A model generated the notes under the pieces. It saw nothing but the letters and a program-made list of their open reading frames with translations. It searched no databases and was not told the origin of the DNA. The position numbers and the translations under genes were made by a program. From positions 1 to 59,850 of the forward strand of contig CACYRE010000004.1 of NCBI GenBank assembly GCA_902776735.1: a stretch of 59,850 bases of DNA, in the 5' to 3' direction. This stretch comes from an uncultured Erysipelotrichaceae bacterium (GTDB lineage Bacteria > Bacillota_I > Bacilli_A > RF39 > UBA660). Below are positions 1-7,578 of the stretch, piece after piece. Within the stretch, counting starts at the first letter, position 1. Each line of letters starts with the position of its first letter.

Positions 1-98
1 GAGATGAAGTAGAAGTTGTTTTAGAAGAAACAAATATTTCAATAGGTAATATTCAAATACTTCCACCAAAAAATAAAAAAATGATAAAGAAAAAATAA
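1..98 (+). CDS. 3' end of an unidentified CDS (partial, enters from the left edge)
   Basis: Frame 3 is open from the window edge to TAA at 96-98 (...NIQILPPKNKKMIKKK*) and is followed by a terminator hairpin. Confidence 0.3.
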   Translation, partial: DEVEVVLEETNISIGNIQILPPKNKKMIKKK

Positions 99-100
99 TA

Positions 101-137
101 AAAAATCTACAAAATAATTTATTTTGTAGATTTTTTA
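101..137 (+). terminator. Rho-independent terminator
   Basis: AAAAATCTACAAAATA / TATTTTGTAGATTTTT perfect hairpin followed by a T-run. Confidence 0.6.
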
Positions 138-425
138 TTAATATTATTCTAATCATCAAATTTTGTAACTACATATTGACGAAAAAAACGGAAATTAGTC
201 TAAAAATTTACGATTATGCCTTTAAATTTCAATAATAATTCAAAAATTGCATTTTACTATTTAACTAACCTAACACTTAAGACATTATCACAAGTTAATC
301 AGATTATTTCTTGTATATCAGCTTGGAAAATTGACTAAATTGCTTAAAAAATGGTAGAATAATACACGTTTAATGGAATTTCTAGTATTTGAAATTAATT
401 TTAATTAAATAAAGGGGATTAAAAA

Positions 426-1382
426 ATGGAATTGTTAAGTAGTCAAGAATTAGAAAATTTATCCATTTCTGATAGAAAAGATTATTTTATAAAATTAAGA
501 GAGGAATGTCTTAGTTTGAGCGATAATCAATTAAAGATTGGACAAGGTATTATTAAAAGTGTATATCCTGCCTTAAGAGGATATAAATTAGAATTCGAGG
601 GTGTTGAAAATATACCTAAAGATTCAAATGTCCTTTTTATCGCTAACCATAGCAATTCACATGATATCTTCACTGCATATGAGGTTTTATCTGCTTTACA
701 AAGAAAAGGAAGCGTAATGGTGGCTACTGATTGTCTAACTCCTGTTACAACCGAATTATTTAATATTTCAAATGCAACTTTACTTGATCGAAGAAAGAAA
801 GATGAAAGATAAGATTCTGTTTTTAAACTATCTCATAAAATGTTAGAAGGAAGAGATGGTGTTATATTTGGAGAAAGCACATGGAATTTGCATCCTGTTC
901 TTCCTATGCATAATATTAAAAAAGGTGGAACTACAATATCAGCTATTACTCAAGCTCCTATAATACCAACTATATTTGAATATGTTGAGCAAGATGGTCC
1001 CGTAAAATCAGAAAGTGCTTTATATAAGAAATGTATTATAAGATTTGGTAAGCCTATTGTTGTAAATCCGGATTCAAGTTTAGCAACACGAGCAAGTATT
1101 GTCAGAGCTAATATGATATATATGAGAAATCAAATATGGCATGATAATAATATAAAAAGAACTAGTATGAGTGATATTGATCCTTTAATATATATTAATC
1201 ATACATATATAAAGAAATTTAAAGCATTTGGTTTTACATATGATTCTCAAAAAGAACAAGAGTATTTATTATTCTTAAATGATGAACCAAAAGAAAATGA
1301 ATATACTATTGATGATGAAGGTAATTTTGTTCCTGGAATTACATGTAAAAGTTTTGAGTTAAAGAAAACCTTACGAAGATAA
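426..1382 (+). pseudogene. PlsC-family acyltransferase interrupted by one in-frame TAA (810-812)
   Basis: ORFs 426-812 and 840-1382 are in the same frame. NHSNSHD (HX4D box) lies upstream of the stop and FGESTWN (EGT-like box) lies downstream. The sequence LLDRRKKDER*DSVFKLSHKMLEGRDGVIFGE reads as one continuous acyltransferase. Confidence 0.75.
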
Positions 1383-1457
1383 TTTTCTTTAACTTTTTTT
1401 ATGTATAGTAAGGTAAATAAAGACTTATCGTGTTATAACTATACTTAGTAGGAAGTG

Positions 1458-1691
1458 ATGGATAAAATGGAAGGTATTTATAACCTTTACATACCATTAT
1501 GTGGTTTATTAATAGCAATTATATGAAATATTGTATTTTTTCAAAAAGAAAGAGCTAAAAATAAAGAAACTGCAATTTTTGCAAGAGTTCTTATATATAG
1601 CTTAGTTGATAGTATTTTAATGGTTTCTATTATATGTTTAGCACTATTAAGTAGAGAAAGTATTAAACTTGATCCTAAATTTTCCAAATAA
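1458..1691 (+). pseudogene. N-terminal multi-TM fragment of a membrane receptor-like protein with an in-frame TGA (1524-1526)
   Basis: RBS AGGAAG is followed by ATG 1458. The product MDKMEGIYNLYIPLCGLLIAII*NIVFFQKERAKNKETAIFARVLIYSLVDSILMVSIICL... ends abruptly at 1691 with no output domain. Confidence 0.4.
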
Positions 1692-1814
1692 AAATTAACT
1701 GACATTTAATATCCTCCTTAAAATATAACTTGTCTTATATTCTACCATACATTTGTTTTATTTTAAAAGTTTTTTATCAAATTTTAATTTTTATTTAAAT
1801 ATGCAAATGTTCGA

Positions 1815-1843
1815 TTGATACATGTATATTTATATGCTACATT
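1815..1843 (+). promoter_or_regulatory. Sigma-A-like promoter of the small-peptide transcript
   Basis: TTGATA (1815-1820), a 17-nt spacer, then TACATT (1838-1843). This predicts a TSS at about 1850, exactly at the 5' arm of the closing helix. Confidence 0.4.
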
Positions 1844-1850
1844 GAGTTTA

Positions 1851-2088
1851 GGAACATTTAGTTGTTGAGTGTCTACCTCCAATCTAACAAAGAGAGGAGG
1901 TTTGAGAGAATGAAAAAACAATGAAAAAACGTGAATACAGCATTAAGTTGCTTCGCTACATATTACTCATTTTACTACTCTTAACCTTACTGGTTTTAGT
2001 AATAAAAAAATGACACTCATTCGCATTAGAATAGTGTCAAACTCATAATAATTGGGTAGACATTCAACAGTGTCAAACTGAATGTTCC
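1851..2088 (+). repeat. Interrupted 26-bp inverted repeat closing the small-peptide transcript (arms 1851-1877 and 2055-2088)
   Basis: 1851-1863 pairs with 2076-2088 and 1865-1877 pairs with 2055-2067. The only two non-Watson-Crick positions (T1859/G2080 and G1869/T2063) are G-U wobbles on the + strand RNA. A T-run follows at 2091-2100. Confidence 0.6.
1921..2013 (+). CDS. 30-aa hydrophobic peptide, candidate type I toxin
   Basis: The product is MKKREYSIKLLRYILLILLLLTLLVLVIKK*: one TM helix with basic ends. SD GGAGG (1896-1900) lies upstream and can pair with anti-SD ACCTCC (1875-1880). A 4-codon uORF (1910-1924) overlaps the start codon through an ATGA. Confidence 0.4.
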   Translation: MKKREYSIKLLRYILLILLLLTLLVLVIKK

Positions 2089-2364
2089 CATTTTTATTTT
2101 ATGCAAGATTTCTTGCTACATACATAATAACATAAAAAGGAACTTTTATCAAGTTCCTTTTGTATTTAAACTGGGGCGGGGCCTCAATTTAACGTGTTTA
2201 CGAAAAATCGGCACAAATCTATGAATTGAGATTGACTCAATTACTTGAATAAAATATACCACAACATTTTGACAAAAGCAAATACATTTTCTAAAAGATA
2301 TGATATACTAATAATAGATTTCGTATCATTCAATAGAATGATTTTTTTATTTGGAGGAATAATC

Positions 2365-2907
2365 ATGGAAATGAACTTTAAAGATTTTTTAAACTTTTTT
2401 AAATTACCACCACATATCTTTTCAGCATTAGCTATTGGATCTGGTTTAATACTATTCGTTCCTGATAAAATAGCTCAAAAACTTTATTTGTTGAAATTTA
2501 GAAATGACTTTGGTTGGATTATAAGTATTATTTTTATAATATCTATTACTTTGCTGATAACAATAATGATTATAAAATTATGTAAATACCTTAAGGAAAG
2601 ATATGATATGAAGAAACTAAGAAAAGCTCAAATAAATTATTTAAAAGAACTTAATCCTACAAAAACAAAAATGATTAAAGCTTTTCTAAAAGAAGAAGAT
2701 AATACAATGTCTGTAAATTACTTGAATGGTGTTACTCAACAACTATTAAGTTTAAAAATAATAAGTTTTGCTGGTAATACAGTTCCAACAGGTATTTATG
2801 ATGATGATTTGATGCCTATCGTATGTTTCCTTCAACCGTGGGTTATTAAGATGATTAATGAAGATCAAGAATTAAAAAATAAGTTTTATGGTAAGATAAA
2901 AAAATGA
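2365..2907 (+). CDS. Superinfection-exclusion SieB-like membrane protein
   Basis: GGAGG RBS precedes ATG 2365. The N-terminus KLPPHIFSALAIGSGLILFVP is followed by a second TM segment, and the C-terminus contains FLQPWVIKMINEDQEL. This resembles SieB-family (PF14163-type) proteins from memory. Confidence 0.5.
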   Translation: MEMNFKDFLNFFKLPPHIFSALAIGSGLILFVPDKIAQKLYLLKFRNDFGWIISIIFIISITLLITIMIIKLCKYLKERYDMKKLRKAQINYLKELNPTKTKMIKAFLKEEDNTMSVNYLNGVTQQLLSLKIISFAGNTVPTGIYDDDLMPIVCFLQPWVIKMINEDQELKNKFYGKIKK

Positions 2908-3068
2908 TGTTTTTTAATCTGATAATAATATGATAAAATAAGTATGTTAGACAATTAAACAGGAGGGTATAAAATGAAGAAAGAAAATGAAACGCCATCA
3001 TCAATTTATTTAATGCACAAATACTGGGGAAAAAAGCCTTCAGATGAATTAAAAGAGTATTTAGTGCT

Positions 3069-3711
3069 ATGACAACTCCAACAAAAGCAGATGCTAATAC
3101 TAATCTAATTACATTAGGATATCAAGAAAGAAATAATCCAAGTACAATTTCATTCTATTTTAAGGATTTTGCATCAAAAGAAGATTTTATTAAATTCTTA
3201 GATAACTATAACAAGAAGATGAAAAAAATAGATAAAGAAAAAGTAATAGAATATACAGATATAACTGGTGTAATGATTTCATCAGTAAAAATAATTGTTG
3301 ATAGTGTAAGTTATGTTTTAATAGCATTTGTCTCAATATCATTAATAGTTTCATCAATTATGATTGGAATTATTACATATATTTCTGTATTAGAAAGAAC
3401 AAAAGAAATAGGTATTTTAAGAGCAATAGGAGCATCAAAAAAGAAATATTTCAAATATCTTTAATGCAGAAACATTTATAATTGGACTTTTATCAGGATT
3501 AATTGGAGTAGGAGTATCATTGTTATTATTAATACCAATTAATAAAGTAATTCATACTGTTACAAATAATCAAAACATAACAGCAGTACTTCCATTTATG
3601 GCAGGAATTATTTTAATAGTATTGAGTACAATTTTAACATTAATAGGTGGAATTATTCCATCAAGAAAAGCAGCAAAACAAGATCCAGTACTAGCATTAA
3701 GAAGCGAATAA
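3069..3711 (+). pseudogene. C-terminal part of an FtsX-family ABC transporter permease, frameshifted in an A6 run (3437-3442) and N-terminally truncated
   Basis: The first frame reads ERTKEIGILRAIGASKK. The +1 frame continues NISNIFNAETFIIGLLSGLIGVGVSLLLLIPINKV...IPSRKAAKQDPVLALRSE*, the canonical FtsX C-terminus. No ATPase gene or N-terminal permease half is present. Confidence 0.75.
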
Positions 3712-3812
3712 AAACTATTCATTTGAATAGTTTTTTGCATCTTTTATTATTATTAAAAATATTATATAATTAACTAGTAATGTTTTAATAATAACAAAAG
3801 GAAGATGATTAA

Positions 3813-4463
3813 ATGAAAAAATTAACAATACCAAAATATACTATTGGAGAAGAAGTAACTAATTCTATAACACATGGATTAGGAGTTTTCTTTGGAATAG
3901 TTATTCTTGTTTTAACAATTGTTATGTCTGCTCATAACCATAATACAGTTGGAGTTGTTGCATCATGTATATATGGTACTTCAATGATAATTATGTTTTT
4001 AATAAGTTGTCTATACCATGCAATGAGTCCAAGAATAGGAGCAAAAAAAGTATTTAGAGTTCTTGATCATTGTGATATATATGTATTTATTGCAGGAAGT
4101 TATACACCATTTTGTATAAGTTTAATAGGTGGTAAAGTAGGTTGGACATTATTTGGAATCATCTGGGCATGTGCATTATTTGGAGTATTACTTAATTCAA
4201 TAAATTTAGAAAAGTATAAAATAATTTCATTTTTATTATATTTAATAATGGGATGGATGATTTTAATATCATTCAATTCATTAAATGCAGTTTTACCTAG
4301 TAAAGGATTATTTTATTTATTAAGTGGAGGAGTTGTTTTTACCATAGGAGCAGCATTATATGGAATAGGACATAAAGTAAGATATATGCATTCTGTATTT
4401 CATTTATTTGTTCTCGCAGGATGTATTCTCCAATCATTTAGTATATTATTTTATGCAATATAA
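3813..4463 (+). CDS. Hemolysin III / PAQR family channel protein
   Basis: Seven TM segments, NSITHGLG near the N-terminus, and HSVFHLFV near the C-terminus. Confidence 0.85.
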   Translation: MKKLTIPKYTIGEEVTNSITHGLGVFFGIVILVLTIVMSAHNHNTVGVVASCIYGTSMIIMFLISCLYHAMSPRIGAKKVFRVLDHCDIYVFIAGSYTPFCISLIGGKVGWTLFGIIWACALFGVLLNSINLEKYKIISFLLYLIMGWMILISFNSLNAVLPSKGLFYLLSGGVVFTIGAALYGIGHKVRYMHSVFHLFVLAGCILQSFSILFYAI

Positions 4464-4490
4464 AAAAAGAGATTAAAAAATCTCTTTTTT
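4462..4490. terminator. Bidirectional terminator hairpin
   Basis: AAAAAAGAGAT-TAAAAA-ATCTCTTTTTT. Confidence 0.6.
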
Positions 4491-4566
4491 ATTATTATGT
4501 ACAAGAATTTTCATCTCGTGCAAAAACATAAAAAAGGACTTATTAAAAGTCCTTTCATATTCCAAA

Positions 4567-4643
4567 TGGGGCGTCCTAAGAGGATCGAACTCTTGCATAC
4601 TAGTGCCACAAACTAGCGTGTTAACCACTTCACCAAGGGCGCC
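4567..4643 (-). tRNA. tRNA-His (GTG) with encoded CCA and G-1
   Basis: The minus strand reads GGCGCCCTTGGTGAAGTGGTTAACACGCTAGTTTGTGGCACTAGTATGCAAGAGTTCGATCCTCTTAGGACGCCCCA. The anticodon arm is CTAGT-TTGTGGC-ACTAG, a T-arm GTTCGATCC is present, and an extra 5' G pairs with C73. Confidence 0.9.
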
Positions 4644-4651
4644 ATCTCTAA

Positions 4652-4679
4652 ATAACATCTATATTATAACATCTATATT
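4652..4679. repeat. Perfect 14-bp tandem duplication (ATAACATCTATATT x2) just upstream of tRNA-His
   Basis: Read directly at 4652-4665 and 4666-4679. Confidence 0.9.
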
Positions 4680-4769
4680 TTACCAATTAATTAATACTTT
4701 GACAAGTATTTTTTTTTATTTAGTAGCAATTGCCTAAATTAGGCATAAATTAAAACGAAAGGAGATATA

Positions 4770-5240
4770 ATGAATAACTATAATTATTTAAATTATAATA
4801 GATATTTTGGGGATGATTTATATAGAGCATATCAACCTATGAATAATAATACAAATAATAATTATAATATTAATACAAATAATTATAATACAAATTTATA
4901 TAGTCCTGAAGAAGGTTATTTAAAAGGAAATATGTTTTCAAATTTATATAATGAATATAAAAACTATAAACCTATGAAAATAACTCCAAGAAATGAAAAA
5001 GAAAAAGCTTTATATGATCTAGCAAGTATTGCTTTTGCTTCTCATGAATTAAATTTATATTTAGATCTTAATCCAAATGATTCTAGTATGTTAACTTTAT
5101 ATAGAGATTATAATGATAGATATAAACAACTAGTGTCAGCTTATGAACAAAAATATGGTCCACTTTCTGCTACTGGAGGAGATAATACCAGAAGATTTAA
5201 CTGGATAAATAATTGGCCTTGGGAGGATGAAAATGTTTAA
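4770..5240 (+). CDS. cotJB: Spore coat protein, CotJA-like N-terminus fused to CotJB
   Basis: LYSPEEGYLKGNMFSNLYNEY is CotJA-like. ALYDLASIAFASHELNLYLDLNPND...YEQKYGPL is CotJB-like. An Asn-rich low-complexity stretch lies near the N-terminus. Confidence 0.7.
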   Translation: MNNYNYLNYNRYFGDDLYRAYQPMNNNTNNNYNINTNNYNTNLYSPEEGYLKGNMFSNLYNEYKNYKPMKITPRNEKEKALYDLASIAFASHELNLYLDLNPNDSSMLTLYRDYNDRYKQLVSAYEQKYGPLSATGGDNTRRFNWINNWPWEDENV

Positions 5241-5883
5241 GTATAGTAAAGTTTTACAATATCCCATAAATATTACTAAGAAAGATTTGCGTATGGCAAA
5301 ATATCTTGTCAGTCAGTATGGCGGTGCAAATGGTGAACTAGGTGCAGCACTTAGGTATTTAAATCAAAGATTTAGTATGCCTGATGATAGAGGCAAAGCT
5401 CTTTTAACTGATATTGGAACTGAAGAATTAGGACATGTTGAGATGCTAGAAACTATGATATATCAATTAATGAAAGATGCTACATTAGAAGAATTAAAAG
5501 ATGCTGGGCTTGATTCTCATTATGCCGAGCATGCAAAAGCACTATTTCCAACGGATGCTAATGGAGTACCGTTTACAACTTCTTATTTTGCAACAACAGG
5601 GGATCCACTTGCTGACATTGCTGAAGATATGGCTGCTGAACAAAAAGCCAGAGCAGTTTATGAAAATTTAATTGATTTAACAGATGATCCTGATGTCATC
5701 GGTCCACTTCTATGGTTAAGGCAAAGAGAAATAGTTCATTATGCCAGATTTAAAGAATTATTCGACTACTATGATAAAAACCTAAAAAATGGTAATAATA
5801 ATTTTAATAATACTGATAATTTAAAATATAGTTTTGATAATAACAATTTTATATTGCATCAATTAAATAATAATCTAATGTAA
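5233..5883 (+). CDS. cotJC: Spore coat protein CotJC (manganese-catalase family)
   Basis: Motifs MFKYSKVLQYPINI, GELGAALRYLNQRF and TEELGHVEMLE. GGGAGG RBS lies 6 nt upstream of ATG 5233. Confidence 0.9.
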   Translation: MFKYSKVLQYPINITKKDLRMAKYLVSQYGGANGELGAALRYLNQRFSMPDDRGKALLTDIGTEELGHVEMLETMIYQLMKDATLEELKDAGLDSHYAEHAKALFPTDANGVPFTTSYFATTGDPLADIAEDMAAEQKARAVYENLIDLTDDPDVIGPLLWLRQREIVHYARFKELFDYYDKNLKNGNNNFNNTDNLKYSFDNNNFILHQLNNNLM

Positions 5884-5907
5884 AAGCAGAATCCTGCTTT
5901 TTTTCTT
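5883..5907 (+). terminator. Rho-independent terminator after cotJC
   Basis: AAAGCAG-AATC-CTGCTTT followed by a T-run. Confidence 0.7.
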
Positions 5908-5941
5908 TGACTAAATTTGTTATACTTATCATGGTGAAAAT

Positions 5942-6511
5942 ATGAAAAGCAAATATAAAATAACTTTCACAAATTTTTTTAAACACTTACATACTATAAA
6001 TAAACATCGCTTTAAAGTATTTATTTTATGTACAAAAGTAGGTATACCAATACATGGGTTAATACATGATTTATCAAAATATTCTCCTATAGAATTTTTA
6101 GAAGGGGTAAAATATTTTCAGGGAAATTATAGTCCAATAGTAAATTGTAAAAAAGAAAATGGTTATTCTCTTGCTTGGATTCATCATAAGAATCATAATA
6201 AACATCATTATGAATACTGGTATGACTATGAATCAAAAATAGAAACCCCTATTATTCCATTTAAATATTTTCTTGAAATGCTATGTGATACTTTAGCAGC
6301 AGGTCAAACATATCAAGGAAAAAAATGGACAAAGGAATATCAATTAACTTATTGGAATGAAACTAAAGATAAAACTAAGATGAATAAAAATATGAAAAAG
6401 TTACTAGATAATATATATAAAGATATAAGTATAAATGGAGTAAATAAAGTTTTAAACAGAAAAAAGCTGAAAATACTCTATAATAAATATATGAATAATA
6501 TATGTTTATAA
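5942..6511 (+). CDS. DUF5662-like protein
   Basis: HDLSKYSPIEFLEGVKYFQG...AWIHHKNHNKHHYEYW matches my recollection of DUF5662. Confidence 0.5.
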   Translation: MKSKYKITFTNFFKHLHTINKHRFKVFILCTKVGIPIHGLIHDLSKYSPIEFLEGVKYFQGNYSPIVNCKKENGYSLAWIHHKNHNKHHYEYWYDYESKIETPIIPFKYFLEMLCDTLAAGQTYQGKKWTKEYQLTYWNETKDKTKMNKNMKKLLDNIYKDISINGVNKVLNRKKLKILYNKYMNNICL

Positions 6512-6580
6512 AAATACTTTTTAATAATTTAATTTTGATATATAATGAGTATTGTAGGGAATAAAAGAGAGTGAGGGTTT

Positions 6581-7550
6581 ATGAATTAAAAATTATTTTG
6601 TATTTTATTAGTTATTGTTTTATTTACTATTTTTATTAATAGTAAGCAAAAAATTAGTATCAAGATTAAAACCTATTTAGCACCTAATACTATTATATCT
6701 TCGTCTTCAAATACTTTTACTTCACCAATAAAAAATAAAAGTATTAATATTTTGACTAATAGTGATGATAATCCATTATAGTTATTGATGATGAATTCTG
6801 GATATCCTGGATGCATAGAAAATTTTGAAAATATTGAGAATAACCCAACAATATTTAAAAATAGTGGAATGAGTTATATTATAAATCATGGTTATAGTAA
6901 AGATTATTATTCTTTAATTGCTGGGGCAACTAATGATAATGAAAAATATTATGTAACTCAAATTGCTATTTGGTTATATATTTATGAAAATAAAAATAAG
7001 TTTACTAATTATTGTTTAGAAATAGACAATAGCTATTCAAGCTGTGATTTTCTAGATTTTTCTAATAATATTATATCTAGTGGTGATGTTAGAAAAATAA
7101 TAAGTAATATTTCTAATACTCATTTATATGCTAAATTAATAATCATTTTAGTTGATGAAACAGAAAATACCAAAGGAAGTTATTCTTTAGAAAAGATTGA
7201 TAGTAGTTCTATTATTTATAAAGTTGCTGATGATGAAAAATATCTAATAACTTCAGATATTACTCCTGTAACTTCTTAACATATCTACATTTGAATGCTG
7301 GTAATTATAGTATTTGTGAAATAATATCTCCTAATGGTTATTGAAAAATGAGCGATTGTATAGATTTTATAGTGGATAGAAGTAAAATAACAAAATTATA
7401 TATACCAAATAATGTAATAGTTCTAGTATCAGATACTTTTACATCTATAATAAATTTGGATATATAATTGGTACTGTACTTATAATAGCTGGTGTAATTA
7501 TTTTTACTTATGTTAAAAATGATAAGATAAAATTTTTAATTAGTGTTTAA
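6581..7550 (+). pseudogene. Eroded thioester-domain (TQXA) cell-wall adhesin
   Basis: The signal-peptide-like start is broken by a stop (MN*KIILYFISY...). A YVTQIAIW thioester motif lies in 6785-7279. Further frame breaks follow, and the C-terminal TM segment plus basic tail (FGYIIGTVLIIAGVIIFTYVKNDK) is readable only in another frame at about 7450-7530. Confidence 0.5.
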
Positions 7551-7578
7551 TATTTAATTATAATGGAGGGTGATTTAA

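Noticed and set aside
2161-2185. GC-rich patch CTGGGGCGGGGCCTCAATTTAACG considered as a tRNA fragment or an att remnant.
   Set aside because: No cloverleaf can be drawn, it has no T-arm GTTCGA motif, and nothing elsewhere in the window repeats it.
2974-3072. 32-codon ORF with YLMHKYWGKKP, reminiscent of N-termini of some DNA-modification enzymes.
   Set aside because: It is too short and the resemblance too vague to call. It is most likely the decapitated 5' end of a lost gene fused by deletion to the FtsX remnant.
4473-4658. 61-aa minus-strand ORF from the six-frame track.
   Set aside because: tRNA-His (4567-4643) and its terminator fully explain this region. The ORF is a by-product of translating the tRNA sequence.
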